Shown piece after piece: positions 10,493 to 19,908 of a stretch of DNA of 64,000 bases (the first letter of the stretch is position 1; each line of letters starts with the position of its first letter). The position numbers and the translations under genes are program-made. The DNA comes from a virus. The notes below the pieces were generated by a model. The model worked only from the letters and a program-made list of their open reading frames with translations, was not told where the DNA came from and did not search any database. The stretch lies in the IMG/VR virus record IMGVR_UViG_3300048918_000175, positions 4,010-68,009 of that record; one strand, given 5' to 3'.

Positions 10493-10769
10493 GTACGAAA
10501 CATAGCACCGTTCGGCGCGAGGAACAAGGCGCACTTTGTCCGTTTTTCAGGTCGGAAAATTATTTTTGAAATTCGGGAATTTACAGCACGCGGCAGAAAA
10601 CGGACAGAGCGATTTCTGTGAGGAATTATTTTCGGACAAGAGAAGGATATCCATGCTCTATAACCCTCCTCATATAGACCGGGAGACTAGAGATTCCATA
10701 GCCGAGTTCTCCTAGAGGCAAACGGCGGCGAGCGACGATGGTCTGTCGCTCGCGTTCTGGACGATCGGG

Positions 10770-10973
10770 CTACAGCGAGAGGAGCAGTTCGACGGTATCG
10801 ACAAACTGCACATATGCGCGGGACCCATCGACAATCTCATGGACTTTCTTCTCACGCGTAATGTCACAGAGCAGACGAAGCGGCTCAATGGCTGCATTCA
10901 CACGGTTTCGGATATCGGCGTCGGTCTTGTAGATCACGACTGCGCGATGTGCTGCGATTTCGGCGAGCGTCAT
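10770..10973 (-). CDS. Early hypothetical protein
   Basis: Downstream of promoter copy 11001. Confidence 0.55.
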   Translation of the reverse strand: MTLAEIAAHRAVVIYKTDADIRNRVNAAIEPLRLLCDITREKKVHEIVDGSRAYVQFVDTVELLLSL

Positions 10974-11059
10974 TGTCAGATAGTGTTAGAGTGTATAGAC
11001 AAGCTAGCACCGAATGTGGTGGAGCGCAAGCCTGAGGTTAGACTCGCGCGAGCCACGTA

Positions 11060-11380
11060 CTAGCAGAACTGTTCAGCGTCGTCCATTGAGACGTAGAACT
11101 TGCCGTCCACCTCGTACACGATAATGTCATCCGACATATCGTAGATCCGCACCGACTTCATGCTCATATCGTAGACGAGTACGACGAGCCGCTTGCCTGT
11201 GACGACCGTTGCCGTCTCCACCTCGATATCATTCGCGCCGCCCTCCGAATCCTCGTCCTCATATGCAATCGTGAGTGCATCACCGAGCGATGCGTCTCCC
11301 GCGAGTTCCGCCACGAATGCCTCGTTCGTTTCGATCTTCGCAACGTCGCGCAACGTTTCAAGCTTCGTCAGATTGAGCAT
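11060..11380 (-). CDS. Acidic early hypothetical protein
   Basis: Downstream of promoter copy 11407; D/E-rich. Confidence 0.65.
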   Translation of the reverse strand: MLNLTKLETLRDVAKIETNEAFVAELAGDASLGDALTIAYEDEDSEGGANDIEVETATVVTGKRLVVLVYDMSMKSVRIYDMSDDIIVYEVDGKFYVSMDDAEQFC

Positions 11381-11469
11381 GTCAGTCAGTGTTAGAGTGT
11401 ACTATCAACTTACACCTAAACGGACGGAGCGCAAGAGCAAATGTGCCTCTCGCGCTCCTCAGGTTTGGA

Positions 11470-11841
11470 CTAGTCGAACTTGTCTTGGTCTAGCGTCGAG
11501 ATGAGATAGCGACCTGGGCACAGCGCATCCTCGTAGATGATCTCCAGGTCCACGCGTTCGATCTTCACGGAGCAATCGGGATAGCAGCGAATCATGCCGA
11601 TCGCGAAGATGCCGTCGCGGCGAATCGTGCTCGGGACCTTGCGATGACGGACGACTGTGTTCGCGTCTCGCGGATCGAAGGCGAGTGTGTACATGTCGGT
11701 GTCCGAATCGCGGTTGCGCGTGAAGTTCACCGACGCCTTGCGAAGCGCCATCGCCATTTCGGTTTCGCCGTCGTCAAGCGAGGCGAGCGCCATATTGTCG
11801 AGGGCCGAGTCCAATCGCGCGAGTTCAAGAAAGAGAGGCAT
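11470..11841 (-). CDS. Early hypothetical protein
   Basis: Downstream of promoter copy 11880. Confidence 0.65.
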   Translation of the reverse strand: MPLFLELARLDSALDNMALASLDDGETEMAMALRKASVNFTRNRDSDTDMYTLAFDPRDANTVVRHRKVPSTIRRDGIFAIGMIRCYPDCSVKIERVDLEIIYEDALCPGRYLISTLDQDKFD

Positions 11842-11915
11842 GTCCTTGTCCGGTTTGAGTTGTCCTGCTCACACCGTATAATCTACACCGATGCGAGCAG
11901 GACGCAAGCCTGAGG

Positions 11916-12155
11916 TTACAGTGGGATCTTGTAGTCGAGCGCGATGATTGCGATAGCACGACGACCGTAGTACGTGCGCGAGCCGATTGCGATGTTGCAC
12001 TCCTCCAGCGGAAGTGCGTCGCCGTTGTACGTCCAATCCTTCCCGTGTTCAGTACCTGGGAGCGTCATGATCTTTTCGATCATCGTCTCCACCGAATCGC
12101 CCACAAACTCGATTGCTCCACCCGTCGCGTGATTGATGATCGACCCGTAGACCAT
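11916..12155 (-). CDS. Early hypothetical protein
   Basis: Start re-set to MVYGS with GAGGA RBS; stop lies within the next cassette. Confidence 0.6.
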   Translation of the reverse strand: MVYGSIINHATGGAIEFVGDSVETMIEKIMTLPGTEHGKDWTYNGDALPLEECNIAIGSRTYYGRRAIAIIALDYKIPL

Positions 12156-12234
12156 TGGTGTATCCTCTTGAAATGTTGGCACGTGACTGACATTTGACAA
12201 GATACACCCCAGTCCCTGGAACGCAAGCCCGAGG

Positions 12235-12498
12235 TTAATCATTGTAAACCTCGATGGTGATGGTGTGCGTGAGGATATCGACATAGAACCAGGACTTCGT
12301 TTCTCCCTGGACCGAGTTTGTCGAGATGTGCTCAAACGTCCTTCGACCGGGGTACGCGAACCGACCGACGCCCATCGCATAGTCGGTGATGACGATGATG
12401 GGGTGCACCTCCCCCGGACGGATCCCGAGCGACGACGCCTCCGCCGTCGCTCGGTCACGATTGTCAGTCCAGGTGAAGTTCTCAGTCTTGCAGAGCAT
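12235..12498 (-). CDS. Early hypothetical protein
   Basis: GGAGG RBS; stop lies within the next cassette. Confidence 0.6.
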   Translation of the reverse strand: MLCKTENFTWTDNRDRATAEASSLGIRPGEVHPIIVITDYAMGVGRFAYPGRRTFEHISTNSVQGETKSWFYVDILTHTITIEVYND

Positions 12499-12501
12499 CG
12501 G

Positions 12502-12630
12502 TCAGCCCTCCCGGGAACGCTTGTCCAACTCGCGTTCGATTTGCAGACGTTCGAGGTTGAAGCGGTCGAGTTCCGCAGCGCGGGCCTGAAGCTTTTCGAT
12601 CGAGGCGAGTGTGATGTTTGCACGAGTCAT
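12502..12630 (-). CDS. Small coiled-coil early protein
   Basis: 42 aa MTRANITLASIEKLQ...; follows promoter copy 12669. Confidence 0.5.
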   Translation of the reverse strand: MTRANITLASIEKLQARAAELDRFNLERLQIERELDKRSREG

Positions 12631-12685
12631 TGTCTTGTCCGATTGAGGTTTGTCCTGCTCACCCTTTCAATCTACACCGTGTGCC

Positions 12686-12892
12686 TCAGGTGTCAAGCGT
12701 CTTGGTTGACTTCGTGTCGCAGGCCACCGGGAGTCCGAACCACAGATCGTGCCGATGGAAGAGGAAGACGAGCGAGACATACGGGGCCTTGAGACAGGGC
12801 CAGTATCCGACCTGAAGACCGAAACCACACGAGCGAACACCGTCAGCGCGAACCTTCAGATGCCGAGACTGCGAGTGGAATGCGAGGCGCAT
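12686..12892 (-). CDS. Early hypothetical protein
   Basis: Follows promoter copy 12931 and the conserved CCGGACAAGACA-ATG leader. Confidence 0.45.
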   Translation of the reverse strand: MRLAFHSQSRHLKVRADGVRSCGFGLQVGYWPCLKAPYVSLVFLFHRHDLWFGLPVACDTKSTKTLDT

Positions 12893-12970
12893 TGTCTTGT
12901 CCGGTTAGTTGTTTGTCTCAACTAGCAAACAATTTACACCGAAGTCCTCGTTCCGCAAGCCCGGGGCACG

Positions 12971-13070
12971 CTCCCTCAGTGACACGAGGACCGAGGATCT
13001 GGACGGAGGGCATATACTCGTAGCTTGGTATCCTATTGGGTTTGTAGGTGCTTGTCCTACAATGGGTTAG
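12971..13070 (+). repeat. Dispersed ~100 bp non-coding element, copy 1
   Basis: 33/34 match to the reverse complement of 21271-21304, plus a second collinear block 73 nt further on. Confidence 0.75.
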
Positions 13071-13160
13071 AAACCTCAGGACCGCGGGGTTGGGAGCCGA
13101 GCAGGGGTCCTGTGGCGATTTGCGTTCAATTCACGAAGGAACGCGATGATTGCAGGCCAG

Positions 13161-13367
13161 TCATTCATCTGCGAAGACCACCTTCTCGCAGGACCCGCGG
13201 ACGATCCGATACTCGTGCACCCCAGCCCTGAAGGCACGTTTGGCTAGGACCAGGATCATTGCGGCGTTCGCATCCTCCTGGGTGAGGAGGACATGCTGTT
13301 CATCCCAGACTCCGTCGAGCTTCACCTGGAGTCGGTCACCACAGTAGAAGGTGTATGAGTGGATCAT
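13161..13367 (-). CDS. Early hypothetical protein
   Basis: GGAG RBS after a long structured leader. Confidence 0.55.
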   Translation of the reverse strand: MIHSYTFYCGDRLQVKLDGVWDEQHVLLTQEDANAAMILVLAKRAFRAGVHEYRIVRGSCEKVVFADE

Positions 13368-13557
13368 CGGGTCTCCGGTTGGGTACGCCCATCCGTTAAG
13401 GTACCCAGCCTTGCGACTGGGTCCTTGTCGGCAGCAGCGTCGCCGCCCCTATCGGGTGTCGGGTCAGGGGTTTCCTGAACCAGTGTGAGAGGACAACACC
13501 CTACTTTCTCACTGTGCTACAAGATACACCGTGCGCCCAAGAGCGCAAGAGCCAGTT

Positions 13558-13977
13558 TTACGGATTCTGGTCGGCCATCAGATTGCATCGCCGAAAGAAG
13601 TGTTCCGGGTGTCCTTCGGTCCCGAGCACTGCATGGAGCGCTTCATGAGCATTGACCCACGCGGCCTTCGCTCGCGGCTGCGCGATCCAGATCGTGTGGG
13701 TCTCGGCCTTGTAGAAGCCCTCTGCCATGTAGGCCTTCCCGTGCTCATCTCTCAGGCTTATCATCGGCACTGGGGCGATTGACCAGTTGAGTTCCTCGAT
13801 GTTCACCGCCGGTTCGCGGCCCTCCAAGCAGGCCACCGCGCGAGCGAATGCCACCTGATGGACCTGGTCCAGTGCGGTCACCTCGGCTGGGGCGAGTTCG
13901 GGGGTGAAGCGTAGCTGCGGTGCCAGTGGGGCACAAGCAGTAGAGCAGAGCAGTAGTCCTAGAAGCGCCTTGTTCAT
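13558..13977 (-). CDS. Lipoprotein with HExxH motif; paralog of 180..590
   Basis: LLLCSTAC lipobox-like signal, AHEALH, GGAGG RBS. Confidence 0.65.
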   Translation of the reverse strand: MNKALLGLLLCSTACAPLAPQLRFTPELAPAEVTALDQVHQVAFARAVACLEGREPAVNIEELNWSIAPVPMISLRDEHGKAYMAEGFYKAETHTIWIAQPRAKAAWVNAHEALHAVLGTEGHPEHFFRRCNLMADQNP

Positions 13978-14114
13978 GATCCCCTCCTGGGTTTGTGTGT
14001 CCGTTTCTTACTCTAACATATTTACACCGTTTCGGCTTTCGGACAAGCCCGAGGTTGGACTCCGGAACCAGGCGGACCGTGGTGGAACCCCGATTGCTCG
14101 GGGTCCCGACGTTC

Positions 14115-14402
14115 TCACGAGGACCAGTACGTCTCGCTCGCTACGCTGCAGGTCCAGCTCGTGCCGCTGTGTTCGAGGACCTGCTCCCCGCTCATGACGC
14201 TGCGAACCCAGTGCTTGCCGATCGGGGCGACGCGGCCTGAACCGTCGGGGCAGAGCTTGTCTTCCGCTTCGTGCTCGGCGATGCGCTCGTTGCGCTGAAG
14301 TTCAAGCTTGATACCCTCCGCCAGTGCCTTCGTCTCTGCGGTGATGACGACTTCGCCCTTGTCATTGAAGATCGCGTAGACCCGCTTGATCGTGTAGCGC
14401 AT
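14115..14402 (-). CDS. Early hypothetical protein
   Basis: Start re-set to MRYTIK with GAGG RBS; promoter copy 14443. Confidence 0.6.
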   Translation of the reverse strand: MRYTIKRVYAIFNDKGEVVITAETKALAEGIKLELQRNERIAEHEAEDKLCPDGSGRVAPIGKHWVRSVMSGEQVLEHSGTSWTCSVASETYWSS

Positions 14403-14565
14403 TGTGAACCTCGTTTGAGTGTGTGTCCGTCTCACATTGTACAAGATACACCTTGTGCCTTCGAACGCAAGCCTGAGGTTAAAGGAACCTGGCTATTGCG
14501 CACCTACCGCCACCGGTGTTAATATGAAGTGGCGGACGGTCCTCCGCCGACCACCAGGCTCCCTG

Positions 14566-14621
14566 GGACCCCCTAGAACTGGCGATCCCCTACCCGCGTG
14601 TCAGCGTGAGCAGGGGATCCG
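14566..14621 (+). repeat. Non-coding hairpin element; inverted copy at 15696-15751
   Basis: GGACCCCCTAGAACTGGCGATCCCCT...AGGGGATCCG matches the reverse complement of 15696-15751. Confidence 0.6.
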
Positions 14622-14640
14622 TTTGGGAGCCCTCAGTGGG

Positions 14641-14961
14641 CTAGGGGCAGTCGCACATGCGTCCGTCGTTCCAGATGATGTGCTTCCCAGAGAAGCACGG
14701 ATACGCTGTATTGATGCGCGCTATCATCTGTGATCCCTTGACCTCCAGGTGTTCGATCTTGTAGCGCAGCGTATGCACGTCGAACGGATCCTTGATGGCC
14801 GCCACGCGCAGTCGATACATCAGATCCTGAGCCCACTGCTCCTTGGTCTGATCCTTCCTGACGGGGGCCTTGACCTGCAGGAGACCGCGCGTCCACCCCG
14901 CTGAGACGATGAGCGTCCCGAGTGCGTCCTTCATCTGGGTGAAGATCGAATCCTTGCTCAT
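14641..14961 (-). CDS. Early hypothetical protein
   Basis: GGAGG RBS; ATGA coupling. Confidence 0.6.
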   Translation of the reverse strand: MSKDSIFTQMKDALGTLIVSAGWTRGLLQVKAPVRKDQTKEQWAQDLMYRLRVAAIKDPFDVHTLRYKIEHLEVKGSQMIARINTAYPCFSGKHIIWNDGRMCDCP

Positions 14962-15200
14962 GACAGATCCTCCATGAGAACCCGTGACAGACCTTCAGCA
15001 GCAGCGAGACGATATGCCTCCTGGGTGCTGAAGTCCTCGCGCGGACGCGCGTAGTAGAAGATCCCTTCGGCCCTGCACCACTCGCTGAACTCATCCTGCA
15101 GCGTGGGATCCGAATACTGCTCGGGCGTCTTGAACTTCGCGGGGACCGTCTCGTACTCAACATCCTGAACATCGTACCAAGAGATAGCGGGTCTGGGCAT
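14958..15200 (-). CDS. Early hypothetical protein
   Basis: Start re-set to MPRPA after promoter copy 15229. Confidence 0.6.
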   Translation of the reverse strand: MPRPAISWYDVQDVEYETVPAKFKTPEQYSDPTLQDEFSEWCRAEGIFYYARPREDFSTQEAYRLAAAEGLSRVLMEDLS

Positions 15201-15259
15201 CGTCGTGTCCTGTAGAGTGTATGAGAACAATCTACACCGTTCACCTGGGTGCGCAAGCC

Positions 15260-15610
15260 TCAGGTTAGCTCGGCCGTCATGAATGCGCGAGCACTCATGC
15301 CCATCGAGACGCACACCTTGATTGGCTTCTTGACCATCTTCCAGACCTGCTGGGAGCAGTCGATGGCGAGCAGTTCGCAGGATGGCATCTTATTCATCTT
15401 CGCGTATCGCTCGGTAATCATCTTGTGTATGTCGAGTTGATCGACCATGAAACCGTTCTTGTCGAGTTCGACGGATGGACACGTCACCTCGACGCGATAG
15501 AACAGCTTCCGCGTCCCACGGAGTCCGCATTGGGTCGTGTCATTCTTGACGGACACGATTCGGAAGGATCCGCGGCGCGTGAGTGTCAGGTTGATCTGTC
15601 GCTTGGCCAT
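15260..15610 (-). CDS. Early protein, possibly a degenerate QueD/PTPS-like T-fold
   Basis: YRVEV...LDKNGFMVD...PSCELLA resembles QueD, but the metal-binding His residues are absent. Confidence 0.45.
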   Translation of the reverse strand: MAKRQINLTLTRRGSFRIVSVKNDTTQCGLRGTRKLFYRVEVTCPSVELDKNGFMVDQLDIHKMITERYAKMNKMPSCELLAIDCSQQVWKMVKKPIKVCVSMGMSARAFMTAELT

Positions 15611-15750
15611 GTTCGGTCTCGTTGAAGTTGTCTGCAATCTACACCGTGATCCAGGTTCCGCAAGCCCTCCCTCAGGAGCGTTCTGACGGGATAGGCGGAT
15701 CCCCTACACTCAGCTAAGAGTGCAGGGGAGATCGCCAGTCCTAGCGGGTC

Positions 15751-16266
15751 CTAGACGACTTTCGCCGATGCTAGCGCGAAGTTCTCTTCCGCCTCCATGT
15801 ACGCTTCGTAGGCCCGATCCCGCACATCTTCGGCAAAGCACATGTCATTCCAGACACGCACGCGAGTCGCCTCGAACACCAGGAGCCGATTCGCTTCATA
15901 CGTTGAGCGCACGATGCCGTTGACGAGTTCTCCGAGCGTCTTGCGAGCGCCTGGGGTCAGTGCGTCGTTCGTGTCGGAGCGACGATTGTACGAGGTCCGA
16001 TAATCCATGTCCATCACGATGATCGGCTTCGGCAGCGGGACACCCCCCTCGTACTCGCGTGTGGCGAAGTAGAGACGAGTCGAGACGCGAATCGGTACAC
16101 CTCGGATGGTGACTTCACCTGAGAGGTACGCGACATGCTTGTCCGACTGTTGCTTCCGAGCGTCATCGGGACCTGGGGTCACGTCAAGAAACATGAGCGA
16201 AAGAGCACCGTACTTCGTCGCGATGTTTACCGCCGGATACTGCTTCTGTTCGTTCTTCATGGTCAT
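15751..16266 (-). CDS. Early hypothetical protein
   Basis: Follows promoter copy 16301. Confidence 0.6.
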   Translation of the reverse strand: MTMKNEQKQYPAVNIATKYGALSLMFLDVTPGPDDARKQQSDKHVAYLSGEVTIRGVPIRVSTRLYFATREYEGGVPLPKPIIVMDMDYRTSYNRRSDTNDALTPGARKTLGELVNGIVRSTYEANRLLVFEATRVRVWNDMCFAEDVRDRAYEAYMEAEENFALASAKVV

Positions 16267-16337
16267 TGTCTGGTTGAAGTGATTGTCCCTCACGTTTGAC
16301 AATCTACACCTTGTTCCCTGGTGCGCAAGCCCGAGGT

Positions 16338-16366
16338 AAAGCCCAGACCTATTCGGCCTGGGCTTT
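16338..16366. terminator. Hairpin, possible bidirectional terminator
   Basis: AAAGCCCAG...CTGGGCTTT inverted repeat. Confidence 0.45.
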
Positions 16367-16455
16367 CTGGAGTGCTCTCAGTCGCTTGCGCGTGTCTTCC
16401 CCGTTCACGCGACCCGAGATCCAATCCCCGATGATTTCATAAAAGTCTCTGATTG

Positions 16456-16695
16456 TCACACCTCCGTGAAAGCAGCGTGAGACCGCGTCTCTGAGTCGCC
16501 GTAGTACACATCACCCTCGCCGATGAACATGGCCTCCTTCGTCACCTTCTTGGGGTCGATTGCAGCGAGCGCGTTCAGTTCCTTCACCACCCGCGTGATC
16601 GTCGCCTTGCGCGTCGAGTAGTTCCCGCGGCATCCGCACATGCACCCGCGCAGTTTCCCAGAGTACACCCGCTTGATCGTCGTCGCGTCAATCAT
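16456..16695 (-). CDS. Early hypothetical protein
   Basis: YSGKxxGCMCGCRGNY motif; promoter copy 16734. Confidence 0.65.
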   Translation of the reverse strand: MIDATTIKRVYSGKLRGCMCGCRGNYSTRKATITRVVKELNALAAIDPKKVTKEAMFIGEGDVYYGDSETRSHAAFTEV

Positions 16696-16769
16696 CGTCG
16701 TCTCAGTTGAAGTGATTGTCCCTCACGAAGAACAATCTACACCTTGCGCCTTTGGACGCAAGCCCGAGG

Positions 16770-16997
16770 TTAGAGATGTTTGTAGGGCAGACCCGCCTCT
16801 CGTTTCAGATCCTGGAGCGCATTGAAGTCAGCAGCGTAGATCGCCTCGCCGCCATCACCGTAATGCTTCTGGTCGTGGATGGATCCGTACTTGGCCACGT
16901 AGCCGAGGAGCGTGCCGCCGCATCGCGCCATCCAAGCCTCCTGCTCCCGGACCAGTTGCATCGGGGTCTTTCCGGGAGCGCGTCGGGTGTATGTCAT
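16770..16997 (-). CDS. Early hypothetical protein
   Basis: Start re-set to MTYTRR by ATGA coupling. Confidence 0.55.
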   Translation of the reverse strand: MTYTRRAPGKTPMQLVREQEAWMARCGGTLLGYVAKYGSIHDQKHYGDGGEAIYAADFNALQDLKREAGLPYKHL

Positions 16998-17122
16998 GAG
17001 ACGTCGATGTCCGAGCCACCGCAGCTTGGGCAACCCTTGTCCGCGGCGCGCTGCGCTGCACGAACGGTCATCCGCTTCCCGCATTCCAGGCACTTGCACG
17101 GCAACGCACTGTTCTCGGTCAT
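16994..17122 (-). CDS. Small zinc-ribbon protein
   Basis: CLECG...CPSCGG; promoter copy 17164. Confidence 0.6.
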   Translation of the reverse strand: MTENSALPCKCLECGKRMTVRAAQRAADKGCPSCGGSDIDVS

Positions 17123-17194
17123 TGTCCTGTCCAGTTGATGTTGGGTGTCCGCTTCACATGTACAACTTACACCGATCGCCTTCGGGCGCAAGCC

Positions 17195-17491
17195 TCAAAA
17201 CATTCTCATGTAGCCCTGGCCCACGACGCCTGAGAGCGACTTCATCCAGATCCCACGGTTCCTCGTGATGTTGCGAAACGAGAAGATTTCAACCGTGTCG
17301 CCCTTCTTGAGTTTCATGATCTTCGCCTCGAATCTCGGGCCCGACTTCTTCCACTTTGCGTTGAGCAGTTCAAACTGGAACGAGTGCAGTCCCGCGCGAT
17401 TGCCCATGCCGCCCCAGATCGTCTTGCCGTTCACAACGACACGGTCGCCGTCTTGTGCTGCATTGAGCATCGCCTGTTGGATTCGCGTCAT
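17195..17491 (-). CDS. Early hypothetical protein
   Basis: Start re-set to MTRIQQ after promoter copy 17521. Confidence 0.6.
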   Translation of the reverse strand: MTRIQQAMLNAAQDGDRVVVNGKTIWGGMGNRAGLHSFQFELLNAKWKKSGPRFEAKIMKLKKGDTVEIFSFRNITRNRGIWMKSLSGVVGQGYMRMF

Positions 17492-17556
17492 GTTCTCTGT
17501 CCGTTTGAGTGTATGAGAACAATCTACACCGAACGCCTTTGGACGCAAGCCTGGGG

Positions 17557-17778
17557 TTAGAGCAGGGGGATCGGCAGCAAGAATTGATAGCCAGACTGAG
17601 ATGCGAGTTCCTCGACCTCCCTCCTCGCGACCGCGAGCCTTGTGGGATCGCAGAGCATGATGCCGCGCGAGCGGAGCCACTGACGGAAGCCAGACATGTA
17701 CACCATGTCATCCTTCTTGGTCACCACCACCTTGGGGTCGTACTGACGAGGGAGTCGATCACTCGGGTATATCTTCAT
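17557..17778 (-). CDS. Early hypothetical protein
   Basis: AAGGA RBS; stop lies within a cassette. Confidence 0.55.
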   Translation of the reverse strand: MKIYPSDRLPRQYDPKVVVTKKDDMVYMSGFRQWLRSRGIMLCDPTRLAVARREVEELASQSGYQFLLPIPLL

Positions 17779-17822
17779 ATGCGTGATTCCTTTGAGGCGG
17801 TTGTAGGGGGTCCTAGGGAGCG

Positions 17823-18695
17823 TTACAGCGACTCACGGCAGAGTGTGAGTCGCGCGTAGTCGCGCCATTTCTCGGGGTGGCCCTTGATGAGGCCAGCAAG
17901 CTTCGTCATCGTGCGGATCTGGAGATCGCGAATGTTATCGAGGTTGTCAACGCACCACGCGTGCGCCATCGCTGCCTGGGCTTTGTCGAGACCGTTCTTG
18001 CGAAACACCATGCCTTCTGTTGCGACATGCATCACCCAGATGCCGAGTGCTTTGCGGTCATGAATCTTGAGATCCAAGACGAGCGAGCGACCCTGGAGTG
18101 CTGCGAGATGTGGGGCGATGCGAGCACGATCCTCATCCACGATCGCCTGAAAGTTGATGTTGGAGAGGATGATGATTGAGCCGTTGAACTCGTACGTCCG
18201 AGGCGTGTCTTCAGTCTCGTCGCCGCTCGCCTTGAGGTACTGTGATTCTTTCATCCACGAGACGCGGCGAATGATTGACGAGTCAGCGAGGCCCTTGAGG
18301 ACGTTCACGCCGCCTTCATCTGCGAGGATGCCGTCAGCATCGTCAAGCACGACCACCGAGCCTGCTTCGCGCATGGCGTAGCCTAGCTTGTACAGACCGA
18401 TGGTAGAAATCTCACCGGTGACGTGGGCGTACGGGGTTCCGAGTTCGTCCAGTTTCTTGATGACGCGAAACGTCTTGCCGACTCCCGTCGAGCCCGTTGC
18501 GATGAGCGAGGGGAGGTCGCCAGCCGCGCATGATTCAGTCAGCGCCTCCATGGCCTCGAAACGCTCCTTGACCTCGTTGAGGATCTCCTCGTCGGGTCGA
18601 TCTGCCTTCGCCACCACATCCGCCTTCAGTGCCTCACGCGCCGCGACCATCTCCCTCGTCGGGCGTCCGCGCTTCTTTGGGCCGATTGCTGTCAT
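17823..18695 (-). CDS. AAA-type ATPase with N-terminal AT-hook-like motif
   Basis: Walker A GSTGVGKT, Walker B VVLDDAD, KKRGRP. Confidence 0.8.
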   Translation of the reverse strand: MTAIGPKKRGRPTREMVAAREALKADVVAKADRPDEEILNEVKERFEAMEALTESCAAGDLPSLIATGSTGVGKTFRVIKKLDELGTPYAHVTGEISTIGLYKLGYAMREAGSVVVLDDADGILADEGGVNVLKGLADSSIIRRVSWMKESQYLKASGDETEDTPRTYEFNGSIIILSNINFQAIVDEDRARIAPHLAALQGRSLVLDLKIHDRKALGIWVMHVATEGMVFRKNGLDKAQAAMAHAWCVDNLDNIRDLQIRTMTKLAGLIKGHPEKWRDYARLTLCRESL

Positions 18696-18785
18696 CCGTT
18701 CTCCAGTTGAGTGTGCTTGACTCAGTTCAATTTACACCGTTCTCCATTGTCCGCAAGCCCTTGTTTATCGGCCATCCGCCGCCCC

Positions 18786-19163
18786 CTATTGGGGGCGACC
18801 GATAGCGTCGATGACTTCACCGGTGTAGTGCTCAATGATCTTGTAGTTTCCCTGCGCGAATGCGATGCGGGGAAACGATGACTCAGGGGACCAATCGTAC
18901 CACTTGAGGACCACCTCTGCTCGCACTGAGCCGTTGCGCCAGAATTGCAGCTTCTTCCCCTCGACAAGCTCAAACGCTCCGTCGAAAGCTGCGCCGCGAT
19001 ACTTCGCCTCTGTCACGATGATGACCGTCGCGTCCTTCACGTGGCGCAGGGCCAGCGGAATCGCGTCGGGATCGGTGTGGGGTGGCGGGAGTTCGACTGG
19101 CTGAAACTTCTTTGCCGCAGTGTGATCTACTCCAGTGGTCTTCGTGTGATTGTTCTGAGTCAT
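18786..19163 (-). CDS. Hypothetical protein
   Basis: GAGG RBS; promoter at 19293-19321. Confidence 0.6.
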   Translation of the reverse strand: MTQNNHTKTTGVDHTAAKKFQPVELPPPHTDPDAIPLALRHVKDATVIIVTEAKYRGAAFDGAFELVEGKKLQFWRNGSVRAEVVLKWYDWSPESSFPRIAFAQGNYKIIEHYTGEVIDAIGRPQ

Positions 19164-19292
19164 AGTTGGTCGCCTCGTGACGACAGAGTGAAAGTGTCCT
19201 ACGTCCGTTTAACGCATTAAGCGTGCTCCTGGGTGCAGCGTTGAGAGAATGATCGAACCCCGGAATTTTTGCTCCGTCATCCTAGCATGTTC

Positions 19293-19321
19293 AACGTAGA
19301 GCCGTTTTCCGTGTCTGTCAA
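19293..19321 (-). promoter_or_regulatory. Sigma70-type promoter
   Basis: TTGACA-17-TACGTT. Confidence 0.55.
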
Positions 19322-19474
19322 CATCGAATTAAATGGATATCATTTTTGTGAGGATTTACGGTCTCAGGCTCCCTCAGTGACACGAGGACTGGCGCGAGGT
19401 TCCAAGCGTGTGAGAGTATTCGGGACACCGAGATCCTCGGTCCTAGACGGTCCCAGGGACGCTCCCTGACAGAC

Positions 19475-19509
19475 AAACGGAAGCCCCTTCTCAGCGTGTG
19501 AGAAGGGGC
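19475..19509 (-). terminator. Intrinsic terminator
   Basis: 11 bp stem GCCCCTTCTCA/TGAGAAGGGGC followed by TTCCGTTT, downstream of the 19531 ORF. Confidence 0.6.
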
Positions 19510-19530
19510 CTGCGTGTTCAGCGAGACGAA

Positions 19531-19806
19531 CTAGGCCTGCTTCTGTGCCTTCAAGATCGTCCCGTCCGTCGCGACACCGCCCGCGAGATAGCGATACGTC
19601 CGACCGCGCAGTGCGAGAAACGCGGTCACGTTCGTGATCCCGTGATCTTCGGCGAAGCGTGAGATGTAACCCTTCTCCGTGCCCTTCTTGGTGAGCTTCG
19701 CGAGTTCGCGACGGCCTGCCTTCACGTCCGTCTCACTCAGCGAGCGCCACTTGCGGACCGTCTTCTTTGCCGTCGTCTTGCGCTTTGCCGTCGTCTTGGT
19801 AGCCAT
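19531..19806 (-). CDS. Basic, histone-like/HTH DNA-binding protein
   Basis: MATKTTAKRKTTAKKT N-terminus; AAGGAG RBS. Confidence 0.6.
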   Translation of the reverse strand: MATKTTAKRKTTAKKTVRKWRSLSETDVKAGRRELAKLTKKGTEKGYISRFAEDHGITNVTAFLALRGRTYRYLAGGVATDGTILKAQKQA

Positions 19807-19908
19807 TGTCGTGTTCTCCTTGAGAAATGATTGAGTGACCTGCGATGATTTGCTACCCTTCACATTCAACAAGCTACACCTTTGCTTCTTTCGGACAAGC
19901 CCGAGTTT

